From the NCBI GenBank assembly GCA_963422385.1, contig OY729432.1:355376-419375 (forward strand): DNA of 64,000 bases, written 5' to 3'. How positions within the stretch are numbered: the first letter of the stretch is position 1; each line of letters starts with the position of its first letter. This DNA comes from Candidatus Binatia bacterium. GTDB lineage: Bacteria > Desulfobacterota > Binatia > UBA9968 > JAJDTQ01. The translations under genes and the position numbers were made by a program. The notes under the pieces were generated by a model that saw nothing but the letters and a program-made list of their open reading frames with translations, was not told the origin of the DNA and did no database searches. Shown piece after piece: positions 45,026 through 53,451 of this stretch.

Positions 45026-46150
45026 ATGGCCAAACAAGGATTCAAGGCAATGGATTCCGATATGCATGTCTTCGAGCCTGCCGACCTCTGGGAGCGCTAC
45101 ATCGACCCGGAGTTCAAGGACCGCGCTCCCAAGGGCCTGCAACGCGATTTCCGGGATCTCGGCGTCGAGCTCGACGGCAAGATCCTTCCCGTCCCGAGGC
45201 GGCCGGAAAACCCTGCCTTGAGGGACTACCGGCTGAATACTCTCAAGGAGAAATACAGCGACGTGGCCGAGCGCAACTTCGACGGCGTCAGCCAGGTCAT
45301 GGCCATGGAGAAGGAAGGCCTGGACGTGGCCTTTCTCTTTCCCACCCGCGGACTCTTCGTCCTCGGCATCGACGGCCTCGATCCCGAGTTGGCCGCGGCC
45401 ATCTCCCGGGCCTACAACGATTGGCTCCACGACTTCGCACAGGCCGCGCCCGACCGGATGATCTGCGTCGCCATGGTGCCGCCCCAGAACGTCGAGGCGG
45501 CGGTGGCCGAGACCAGGCGCACGGTGACCGAAAAGGGTTTCCGGGGCATCTTCATGCGCCCCAACCAGACCAACGGGCTATGCTGGAGCGATCCCTACTA
45601 CGATCCCCTGTGGGACGTCTGTCAAAGCCTGGACATCCCGGTGGGCTTCCACGAAGCGGGGCGGGTCTATCAGCCGCAGCCCGCCATCTCGCAGTTCATC
45701 CCGACCTTCTCCATGTTCAACACCCTGAGCTTTCCGATGGCCAACATGTTCGCCTGCTCGGACATGATCTACGGCGGCGTGATGGAGCGCTTCCCCAAGC
45801 TGCGCGTGGCCTTTCTGGAGGGGAACTGCTCCTGGCTGCCCTGGCTCCTGTGGCGCATGGGCGACTACATGGAGTCGGTGGGCAAGGCGGAGTACCCGGA
45901 CCTCAAGCTCGAGCCCCTGGAGTATTTCCAGCGCCAGTGCTTCGGCGCCGTCGAATGCGACGAGATCACCGCCAGGCACATGCCCGAGTACGGCCTGGAG
46001 GACAACCTGGTCTTCTCCACCGACTATCCGCACCTGGACGTCAAGTATCCTCACTCGCTGGATAGTTTCCTGGAGATGCCGTTCTCCGAAGAGTCCAAGC
46101 GGAAGTACCTCTGGGACAACTGCGCCAGGCTGTACAATCTCGGTCAGTAA
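45026..46150 (+). CDS. Amidohydrolase_2 (TIM-barrel metal-dependent hydrolase/decarboxylase) family protein
   Basis: MDSDMHVFEP (metal-binding D/H-x-H), GFHEAG, and the C-terminal VFSTDYPHLD. Confidence 0.8.
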   Translation: MAKQGFKAMDSDMHVFEPADLWERYIDPEFKDRAPKGLQRDFRDLGVELDGKILPVPRRPENPALRDYRLNTLKEKYSDVAERNFDGVSQVMAMEKEGLDVAFLFPTRGLFVLGIDGLDPELAAAISRAYNDWLHDFAQAAPDRMICVAMVPPQNVEAAVAETRRTVTEKGFRGIFMRPNQTNGLCWSDPYYDPLWDVCQSLDIPVGFHEAGRVYQPQPAISQFIPTFSMFNTLSFPMANMFACSDMIYGGVMERFPKLRVAFLEGNCSWLPWLLWRMGDYMESVGKAEYPDLKLEPLEYFQRQCFGAVECDEITARHMPEYGLEDNLVFSTDYPHLDVKYPHSLDSFLEMPFSEESKRKYLWDNCARLYNLGQ

Positions 46151-46163
46151 CAGCCCGGCCTCC

Positions 46164-47306
46164 ATGCGGACTTTCGAGCGGCGGGGGATCGTCGAAGGTT
46201 TCTTCGGTCCCCCGTGGAGCATGGGCCACCGCGCGGCCATGCTCGCGTTCGGCGCGCCGCGCGGCATGAACACCTATCTCTACGCGCCCAAGGACGATCC
46301 CTACCACCGCGAGCGCTGGCAACTGCCCTACCCCGAGCCGGAGTGGCGCGCGCTCTGCCGGCTCATCGACGCCGCGCGCGGGCACGGGATCGACTTCGTC
46401 TACGGCTTTCACCCCGGCAAGGACCTCTGCTTCGCCGCCACGGAACCGGTGCGGATCCTGCTCGACAAGGCCGCCCGGCTTCATGACCGGGGCGTGCGCA
46501 CCTTCGCCGTTCTGTTCGACGACATTCCCTCTCATCTCACGGACGCCGGTGACGTGAAAAAATTCGACGGTAGCCTGGCCAGGGCAGAGTCCCTCTGGCT
46601 CCAGGCCGTGCTGGAACGGCAGCCCGCCGGCTGGGAGGTGGAGTGGTGGTTCTGTCCCTCGTACTACACCGACGATCCGCTGCTGGCCCGGGTCTTCGGC
46701 GAATTCGAGCCGGAGTTCCCGGAGACCGTGGGCCGCCATTTGCCGCCGACCGTGGACTGTTTCTGGACCGGGCCCAAAGTCGTGCCCGAGAGCATCACCT
46801 TGGCCGACGTGGAGGACATCGGAGAACGGATGGGGCACCGGCTGCTCCTGTGGGACAACTATCCGGTCAACGACCTCACCATGCGGGACGAACTGCACAT
46901 CGGGCCCCTGACCGGGCGGGACCCGCGATTGCCGGAGCGCGTCCACGCGCACCTGGCCAACCCGCTGCTGCAGGAGGATCTCAGCTTCATCCCGTTGGCC
47001 ACCTGCTTCGACTACGCCCGTGACCCCGCGGGATACGACCCGGAAAAGAGCTGGGAGGAAATCGTGGTCCGGCGGTTCGGCGCGCCGGCGCTGGAGCATT
47101 GGCGGGCGCTCCGGCGATTTTGTGAAAGCGACGCGGACGCTCCGGCAACAGTATCGGTTCCGGAGCGCGCCGCGCTCCATGCCGCTTGTGACTATCTGCT
47201 GGCTCACCGGAGCGAACGGTGGTGCCGGGAATTCGGGCCATGGCAAGAAAGACTGGAGCAAGCGCTCCGGAAGGAACATGGAAGACAGAACCGTATCCAG
47301 TCGTGA
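46164..47306 (+). CDS. GH84 family beta-N-acetylglucosaminidase (O-GlcNAcase-like) catalytic domain protein
   Basis: GIVEGFFGPPWS...MNTYLYAPKDDPYHRERWQLPYP...IDFVYGFHPG...GVRTFAVLFDDIP...WDNYPVND. It matches the GH84 signature blocks, including the catalytic Asp-Asp pair. Confidence 0.8.
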   Translation: MRTFERRGIVEGFFGPPWSMGHRAAMLAFGAPRGMNTYLYAPKDDPYHRERWQLPYPEPEWRALCRLIDAARGHGIDFVYGFHPGKDLCFAATEPVRILLDKAARLHDRGVRTFAVLFDDIPSHLTDAGDVKKFDGSLARAESLWLQAVLERQPAGWEVEWWFCPSYYTDDPLLARVFGEFEPEFPETVGRHLPPTVDCFWTGPKVVPESITLADVEDIGERMGHRLLLWDNYPVNDLTMRDELHIGPLTGRDPRLPERVHAHLANPLLQEDLSFIPLATCFDYARDPAGYDPEKSWEEIVVRRFGAPALEHWRALRRFCESDADAPATVSVPERAALHAACDYLLAHRSERWCREFGPWQERLEQALRKEHGRQNRIQS

Positions 47307-48606
47307 GGTAATGGCAACGCTGGACGAAGTCCGTTCCAGGACCCTGGGCCTGGTGCAGGATCTTTCCGACGAGCAGCTCACCGTGCCCATGCTGAACATC
47401 GTCAACCCGCCGCTCTGGGAGATCGGGCACATTGCCTGGTTTCACGAGCGATGGGCGCTGCGGCATCTGCGCGGCCACGACCCCATCATCGACAAGGGTG
47501 ACGAAATGTACGACTCCGCCGCCGTGCACCATGACACCCGGTGGGTCCTGGGGTTGCCGCCGCTGGAAGAAACCCTCGCCTACATGGAGCGCGTCCTCCA
47601 GCGCATCGCCGGGGAACTGCCCGCCGGGCGACTGAGCCCGGAAGAGACCTATTTCCACAAGCTGGGCATCTATCACGAGGACATGCACGCGGAGGCCATG
47701 ACCTATACCCGTCAGACCCTCGGTTACCCCCGGCCCCGTTTCGCCGGCGAGAGGACGGCGTTGAACGGAGGACCCTGTCCGGGCGACGTGGAGGTCCCCG
47801 GCGGCGAGTTCCTTCTCGGCGCCACCCCGGACCTCCCCTTTGTCTTCGACAACGAAAAATGGGGCCACCCGGTGATGGTGGCGCCCTACCGTATCGCCCG
47901 CACCCCGGTGACGAATGCCGAGTTCGCCGGGTTCTTGGACGACGGTGGCTACGAGGATCCAAGGTGGTGGAGCGACGACGGCTGGAACTGGCGGCAGACC
48001 GGCGGGGGACCGCATCCCGTGTACTGGAAACGGGAGTCCGGGGGACGGTGGCTGGAACGGACCTTTGGCCAATGGCTGCCGCTTCACGCCGAGCTCCCGA
48101 TCATCCACGTCAACTGGCATGAGGCCGAGGCTTACTGCCGTTGGGCCGGGCGCCGGCTGCCGACGGAGGCCGAATGGGAGATGGCGGCGGCCGTAGATCC
48201 CGCTGACGGCTCGAAGGCCGAGGCTCCCAAGCGCGGCTATCCCTGGGGCGACGCGCCCCCGGACCCCTCCAACGGCAACCTCGACTGGGCCGCGGGCGGC
48301 CGGGTGCCCGTGGACGCGCTTCCGGCGGGCGATAGCGCCGTTGGCTGCCGCCAGATGATCGGCAACATCTGGGAATGGACGGCCGACGCCTTCGGCCCCT
48401 ACCCCGGTTTCGTCCGGGACCCCTACAAGGAGTATTCGGAGCCCTGGTTCGGCGACCGCAAGGTGCTGCGCGGCGGATGCTGGGCCACCCGCTCCCATTT
48501 GATCCGGAACACGTGGCGGAACTTCTTTACGCCGGAGCGGCGGGACGTGCTCGCCGGTTTTCGCACGTGTGACCGGGAATGGACGGCAAGGAAGACCGGC
48601 GCATGA
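47278..48606 (+). CDS. senA: EgtB/SenA-type nonheme-iron C-S/C-Se bond-forming enzyme (DinB_2 plus FGE-sulfatase domains); candidate selenoneine synthase
   Basis: NPPLWEIGHIAWF and YHEDMHAEA form a 3-His iron site. The FGE-like C-domain reads YRIARTPVTNAEF...HVNWHEAEAYCRWAGRRLPTEAEWE...GNIWEWT...VLRGGCWAT. The SenA call rests on adjacency to the SenB-like gene. The start may instead be ATG 47311. Confidence 0.6.
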   Translation: MEDRTVSSREVMATLDEVRSRTLGLVQDLSDEQLTVPMLNIVNPPLWEIGHIAWFHERWALRHLRGHDPIIDKGDEMYDSAAVHHDTRWVLGLPPLEETLAYMERVLQRIAGELPAGRLSPEETYFHKLGIYHEDMHAEAMTYTRQTLGYPRPRFAGERTALNGGPCPGDVEVPGGEFLLGATPDLPFVFDNEKWGHPVMVAPYRIARTPVTNAEFAGFLDDGGYEDPRWWSDDGWNWRQTGGGPHPVYWKRESGGRWLERTFGQWLPLHAELPIIHVNWHEAEAYCRWAGRRLPTEAEWEMAAAVDPADGSKAEAPKRGYPWGDAPPDPSNGNLDWAAGGRVPVDALPAGDSAVGCRQMIGNIWEWTADAFGPYPGFVRDPYKEYSEPWFGDRKVLRGGCWATRSHLIRNTWRNFFTPERRDVLAGFRTCDREWTARKTGA

Positions 48607-48659
48607 GTACACGTACCTGTGAGGCGCGACGCTGGGCAAACGGCGTCCTTCGACCGCGC

Positions 48660-48699
48660 CTCGCTACGCTGCCCCGAGCCCGTCGAGAAGCGTAGCGAG
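48660..48699 (+). other. perfect 11-bp stem hairpin in the senA-senB spacer
   Basis: CTCGCTACGCT-18 nt-AGCGTAGCGAG, with no downstream U-tract. Confidence 0.5.
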
Positions 48700-48721
48700 C
48701 ACAGTTCAGGTCAACGCCGGA

Positions 48722-49714
48722 TTGGAAGAGGCATTGGCACAAGAGAACACCGGAACCGCCAGAATCGCCCTCGTAACCCCGGCCGGCCCCACGCGACGTA
48801 CGGGCAACCGCATCTCGGGAGGCAGGTGGGCGCGAATCCTGCGGGCCTCGGGACATCGGGTCACGGCCCTGGACCGCTACGAGCGCGAGCGCTGCGACCT
48901 GCTGATTGCGCTCCACGCGCGACGCAGCCATCCGTCCATCCAGCGGTTCCGCCGGTTGCACCCCGACAAGCCGCTGGTCGTGGTGTTGACCGGGACCGAC
49001 CTGTACCGCGACATCCACGTGGACGAGGACGCCCGGGAATCCCTGCAACTGGCCACCCGTCTGGTGGTGCTCCAACGCAAGGGCCTGGACGAGCTCGCTC
49101 CCGCGCTACACGAGAAGACACGGGTGATCTACCAGTCCGCATCCCCCTCCCTCGGCCGCCCCGGCGACCGTCACCGGCAATTCACCGTTGCGACGGTGGG
49201 CCACATGCGCTCCGAGAAGGACCCGTTCCGGACCGCCATGGCCGTGCGGTCCTTGCCGTCCTCGTCGCGGCTCCGGGTCGTGCACATCGGCGCGACTTTG
49301 AGCGAGGGCATGGCCACACGCACGGAGCGGGAGATGGAACGCAATCCCCGTTACCGGTGGCTGGGTGAACTTCCCCACTGGAAGACACGGCAACTCATGG
49401 CCCGCAGCCACATCCTTTCCATCACCTCACGCATGGAGGGCAGCTCCAATGTCTTGTGTGAGGCGTTGGCCTCCGGTGTCCCCGTGGCGGCCTCCAGAAT
49501 CTCCGGGTTGGTAGGCACCCTGGGCAACGACTATCCCGGCTACTTCGACCTCGGCGACACCGCCGGGCTCAAGCGTCTCCTGGTCCGGGCCGAGAACGAC
49601 CTGCCGTTCTACGAGAGTCTGGCCCGGCACTGTGCCGAGGTCGCGCCGCTGGTGAACCCTGAACGGGAGGTCCGGGCGTGGGAGGATCTTGTCCGCGAAT
49701 CCATGGGATCATAG
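48722..49714 (+). CDS. senB: SenB-like glycosyltransferase (TIGR04348-type); candidate selenosugar synthase
   Basis: RIALVTPAGPTRRTGNRISGGRWARILRASGHRV...DLLIALHARRSHPSIQRF...LVVVLTGTDLYRDI...LVVLQRKGL...TRVIYQSA...RMEGSSNVLCEALASGVPV. I recognise this as the EgtB-homologue-linked GT family. The start codon is uncertain (TTG 48722 or 48734). Confidence 0.55.
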   Translation: MEEALAQENTGTARIALVTPAGPTRRTGNRISGGRWARILRASGHRVTALDRYERERCDLLIALHARRSHPSIQRFRRLHPDKPLVVVLTGTDLYRDIHVDEDARESLQLATRLVVLQRKGLDELAPALHEKTRVIYQSASPSLGRPGDRHRQFTVATVGHMRSEKDPFRTAMAVRSLPSSSRLRVVHIGATLSEGMATRTEREMERNPRYRWLGELPHWKTRQLMARSHILSITSRMEGSSNVLCEALASGVPVAASRISGLVGTLGNDYPGYFDLGDTAGLKRLLVRAENDLPFYESLARHCAEVAPLVNPEREVRAWEDLVRESMGS

Positions 49715-49738
49715 GACACTACGCTGACACCACACTAG
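49712..49738. repeat. stop-to-stop spacer made of MITE-terminus-like motifs (TAGGACACTACGCTGACACCACACTAG)
   Basis: The TAG at 49712-49714 is the senB stop. The complement of 49735-49737 is the stop of the aminotransferase gene. GACACCACACTAG equals the element terminus. Confidence 0.6.
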
Positions 49739-50886
49739 GTCTCGTCGGAAAGGACCTCGATGAGCTTCTCCGCCACCGTATCCAGCTCCGCGTGACTGAT
49801 GACCAGGGGCGGCAGCAGCCGGACCACCGTCGCTCCCGCGGGTAGCGCCAGGACCCCCTTCTCCATGAGGCGCACGAGGTGGGGCTGGGACTTTTCCTTG
49901 AGCTCGATGCCGATCATCAGGCCGAGTTGACGTATGTCCCTGACCTTGGGCAGTTCCGCCGCCTTCAGACGCTCCATCAGACAGGCACCCTTCTCCGCGG
50001 CGGCCTCGGCCAACCGTTCCTCCATCATGGCGTCGATGGCGGCCAGCGACGCGGCGCACGCCAGCGGGTTGCCGCCGAAGGTGCTGCCGTGCCGGCCCAC
50101 GGGGACCTCGATCCCGTCGGAGCAGACCACCGCGCCCATGGGGATTCCGCCGGCCATGGACTTGGCCAGGCACAGGATATCGGGCTCCAGGCCGAAGTGC
50201 TCGCAGGCGAACATCTTCCCGGTGCGGCAGAAGCCGGTCTGGACCTCGTCGATGATGAGGAGGATCCCCCTCTCCCGGCACAGCTCGCTCACCTGCGCGA
50301 AGAACTCGGCCTTGCCGAGGTTCACGCCGCCTTCGCCCTGGACGATCTCGAGCATGATCGCAGCGGTGTCGTCGCCCACCTTCTCCGCCAGCTTGGCGAA
50401 GTTGTTGAACGGCGCGAACCGGAAGCCCTCTACGACGGGCGCGAAGGGCTCCCGATACTCCCGGGTGAAGGTGGCGCTCAACGCCCCCATGGTGCGGCCG
50501 TGAAAGCCGCGCATGGCGCACACCAGCTCCTGCTTGCCGGTGGTGAAGCGGGCGAACTTGATGGCCGCCTCGATGGTCTCGGCGCCGGAGTTGCACAGGA
50601 ACGCGCGGGTGAGGTTCCCGGGGGTGATGCCGGCCAAACGCTCCAGCAGCCGCGCCTTGACGTCGTTGTAGAAGACCCCGGAGCAACTCAACAAGCGCTG
50701 CGCCTGCTCGGCCACCGCTTGCACCACCTTGGGGTGGCAATGGCCCAGGTTGGCGACGCCGTGGCCGGCCACGCAATCGATGTACTCCCGGCCGGTATCG
50801 TCCCACACCCTGGCGCCCTCGCCGCGCACCAGCACCACGTCGCGCTTGGGATAGACATCGAACTCGTACTGCCGCTGCAGCTTCAT
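49735..50886 (-). CDS. lysJ: acetylornithine / [LysW]-aminoadipate-semialdehyde aminotransferase (ArgD/LysJ family, class III)
   Basis: VWDDTGREYIDCVAGHGVANLGHCHP...LIIDEVQTGFCRTGKMFA...LCLAKSMAGGIPMG. Start at ATG 50886; the 683-aa track ORF is an artefactual extension across lysZ. Confidence 0.85.
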   Translation of the reverse strand: MKLQRQYEFDVYPKRDVVLVRGEGARVWDDTGREYIDCVAGHGVANLGHCHPKVVQAVAEQAQRLLSCSGVFYNDVKARLLERLAGITPGNLTRAFLCNSGAETIEAAIKFARFTTGKQELVCAMRGFHGRTMGALSATFTREYREPFAPVVEGFRFAPFNNFAKLAEKVGDDTAAIMLEIVQGEGGVNLGKAEFFAQVSELCRERGILLIIDEVQTGFCRTGKMFACEHFGLEPDILCLAKSMAGGIPMGAVVCSDGIEVPVGRHGSTFGGNPLACAASLAAIDAMMEERLAEAAAEKGACLMERLKAAELPKVRDIRQLGLMIGIELKEKSQPHLVRLMEKGVLALPAGATVVRLLPPLVISHAELDTVAEKLIEVLSDET

Positions 50887-50894
50887 GAAGTCCG

Positions 50895-51686
50895 TCACCG
50901 AATCACCGTTCCTTTCCCCGCCAGGGCATCGCGGACCGGATGCTCCACCCGGCCGTCGCTCATGACGACCTTTTCCGTGCCTTCCTCGAAGAGCCGTCGC
51001 AGCGCCAGCATCTTGCGCTTCATGCGCCCCTCCACCTCGGCCTCCCGCTGCTCCAACTCGGCGGCGCGGATTCGGGGCACCACCGTGCTCTCGTCGTCCT
51101 TGTCGGCGAGGAAGCCGGGCGCCTCGATGAGCTGCAGCACCAGCTCGGCGTGAAAGGCGGCCTGGAGCACGTTGACGATGTCGTCGTTCTCCGAGTTGAT
51201 GGCGGTGTGGCGCTCGTCGATGATGGGGATGGAGAGCACCGGCGCGTAGCCGCCGTCGAGCAGCAACTGGAACAGCTCCTTGTTGGCCTTCCCGGGCTTG
51301 CCCGAGAAGTCCCGGACGATGAGGGTCTTGCCGTTCTTCCTCACCCGGATGCCCTTGTTGCGCCGTCCCTGGATCGCCCGGCCGTCGATGCCCGAGAGGC
51401 CCACGGCGTTGACGCCGTTCTGTTGCAGCAGCTCCACGATGCGCTTGTTCTGCACGCCCGCGTAGCCCATCAGGATGGCGTCCAGGGCGGCCTTGTCCGA
51501 CAGCACGCTGGTGTAACCCGACACCGATGTGACCACCTGGGTGGGGGTGCCGAGCCTGGCCGCGATGGCGTCGCGCACTGCGTTGGCGCCATGGACCACG
51601 ATGAACGGGTCCGACAGCGCCGCCAGGTCCTCGGCGATACCCGGGAGGTTGATGTCGCTGCCACCGCCGATCTTCACCAGGATCAT
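50895..51686 (-). CDS. lysZ: [LysW]-aminoadipate / acetylglutamate kinase
   Basis: MILVKIGGG...FIVVHGANAV... is the amino acid kinase fold of the ArgB/LysZ type. The ATG overlaps the stop of the upstream gene (ATGA). Confidence 0.8.
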   Translation of the reverse strand: MILVKIGGGSDINLPGIAEDLAALSDPFIVVHGANAVRDAIAARLGTPTQVVTSVSGYTSVLSDKAALDAILMGYAGVQNKRIVELLQQNGVNAVGLSGIDGRAIQGRRNKGIRVRKNGKTLIVRDFSGKPGKANKELFQLLLDGGYAPVLSIPIIDERHTAINSENDDIVNVLQAAFHAELVLQLIEAPGFLADKDDESTVVPRIRAAELEQREAEVEGRMKRKMLALRRLFEEGTEKVVMSDGRVEHPVRDALAGKGTVIR

Positions 51687-52321
51687 CGAAGCCGCTCCAC
51701 CGTGTCGTTGGGAATCGTGCGCCACTCCCCGTGCTCCGGCACGGTCTCGGAACTGACGGTGAACCCGTCGCTGCTCTCCCGGGCACGAAGCCTGAAATAC
51801 GCCGGGTCCTCGTTGAAGACCGACCCGACGTAGACGTTTTCCCTGTCGGCGATGATCATGTTCATGGCTCGCACGTAGCGCGTCCTTCGGACGATGATGT
51901 CCATCCCTTTTCGGATGGCCGCGGCCATGTCGCCCTTGTCGAAGCGCTTGATGTAGTTGAACACCTTCTCCGCGCCGATGCGGCCCTCCGCGGTGACGCG
52001 AACTCCCCGGAGCTCGCCGTTGAAGGCGAACACGTAGCGGTCGTCGGAAAACGGCATGTTGTTCTCCACCACGATGTTCTCATCGCGGAACGCGCTGCGC
52101 GCGTGAGCCACCAGCAGCGTCGTCGCGCCGAACTGTCCCAGGTCGTCTTCCCATACCGGCTTGATGTTCCGGTACACCTTCCACTCACCGTCCACCAGAT
52201 AGGCGCAGCCCCAGCCGTGGCCCTGGTACTCCGGGCTGTTCCGGGCGACGTCGGCCAGATGTGACAAGCGTTGGCCGATATCGAACGGTTGCTGATTCTT
52301 GACGCACAGCAAGCGGCACAT
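51683..52321 (-). CDS. class II glutamine amidotransferase-like Ntn hydrolase (YafJ/EgtC-like), stand-alone
   Basis: 212 aa starting MCRLLCV (Cys2 nucleophile after Met removal), then GHGWGCAY...LVAHARSAF...NNMPF...FAFNGEL. No synthase domain is fused. Confidence 0.7.
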   Translation of the reverse strand: MCRLLCVKNQQPFDIGQRLSHLADVARNSPEYQGHGWGCAYLVDGEWKVYRNIKPVWEDDLGQFGATTLLVAHARSAFRDENIVVENNMPFSDDRYVFAFNGELRGVRVTAEGRIGAEKVFNYIKRFDKGDMAAAIRKGMDIIVRRTRYVRAMNMIIADRENVYVGSVFNEDPAYFRLRARESSDGFTVSSETVPEHGEWRTIPNDTVERLR

Positions 52322-52341
52322 GGCGACGATACCGAAAGGCT

Positions 52342-53394
52342 CTACGCGCCCGGGTGCAGTCCCGGGAATTCGAGGCCCAGGGTCTCCTCGAAGCCGTTCA
52401 TGACGTTGAACGCCTGGACCGCCTGTCCCGAGGCGCCCTTCACGAGATTGTCCAGCGCACTGAGCACCACCAGACGATCGGAGTCCTTCTCCTTCTGGAA
52501 GCCGATGTCGCAGTAGTTGGTGCCGCTGAGCAGCTTGGGCTCGGGAAACCGGTAGATGCCGTCGGCCTCCTTGACGATACGGATGAACGGCTCTTTGCCG
52601 TAGGCCTCGCGGTAGATCTTCCACACGTCCTTCTCTTCCAGCGGCTCGCGCAGGAAGAGGTGGGCGGTGGCCAGCACGCCGCGCACCATCTCGATGGAGG
52701 TGGCGGAAAAATACACACGGATCTGCCGGCCGAAGCCCAGCTCCTGCACGATCTCCGCGCCGTGGCGATGCAAGGTGGGCATGAACGAGCGTACGGCGCC
52801 GCTGCGCTCCGGGTGATGAGAGGCGTCGCTGGCGGCGTTGCCGCCTTCGCTGGAGCCCACCTTGACCTCCACCACCGTGCGGTCCGGGTCCACCAGTCCT
52901 TTCTTGAAGAAGGGATAGACGCCGAGAATCGTCGCGGTGGCGTTGCACCCGGCGCCGGTGACGAAGCTTGCACCTCGTATCTCCTCCCGATGCAACTCGG
53001 GGATGCCGTACACGAAATCCTTCATCAGCTCCGGCCGCGCGTGCGGCTTGCCGTACCAGCGCTGGTACTCGTCCGGATCATCGAGCCGGAAGTCCGCGCT
53101 CAGGTCGATAAGCTTCGGCGCCAGCCCGCGGAGGGACTCGATGCGCTCCATCGCCTGGCCGTGAGGCAGGCAGAGAAAGAGAACGTCGCACGGCTTCAAC
53201 TCCTCCATCCGGCAGAACCGGAGCTGCGTCCGCCTGCGCAGATTGGGATGGGCCTTGAACACGAACTTCCCCGTGTAGCGCTCCGAGGTAACCTCGCACA
53301 ACTCCACCCCGGGATGCCACAGAAGCAGGCGCAGGAGCTCGCCGCCGGTGTAGCCGGACGCCCCCACGATGGAGACCTTCAGCTTCTCGGTCAC
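52342..53394 (-). CDS. lysY: [LysW]-aminoadipate 6-phosphate / N-acetyl-gamma-glutamyl-phosphate reductase
   Basis: VSIVGASGYTGGELLRLL...VTGAGCNATA (active-site Cys)...LVKGASGQAVQAFN. GTG start at 53394. Confidence 0.88.
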   Translation of the reverse strand: MTEKLKVSIVGASGYTGGELLRLLLWHPGVELCEVTSERYTGKFVFKAHPNLRRRTQLRFCRMEELKPCDVLFLCLPHGQAMERIESLRGLAPKLIDLSADFRLDDPDEYQRWYGKPHARPELMKDFVYGIPELHREEIRGASFVTGAGCNATATILGVYPFFKKGLVDPDRTVVEVKVGSSEGGNAASDASHHPERSGAVRSFMPTLHRHGAEIVQELGFGRQIRVYFSATSIEMVRGVLATAHLFLREPLEEKDVWKIYREAYGKEPFIRIVKEADGIYRFPEPKLLSGTNYCDIGFQKEKDSDRLVVLSALDNLVKGASGQAVQAFNVMNGFEETLGLEFPGLHPGA

Positions 53395-53451
53395 GGCTTG
53401 TGCCTCCCCTTCCCGTCCAGGTCGATGATCCGGGTCACGTCCGCCGGCCCC

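Noticed and set aside
49735-51786. A single 683-aa ORF that suggests a fusion protein spanning the aminotransferase and kinase region.
   Set aside because: Only the C-terminal 383 aa (from ATG 50886) look like a class III aminotransferase. The upstream part is an out-of-frame read-through of lysZ, which is clearly encoded in another frame (50895-51686).
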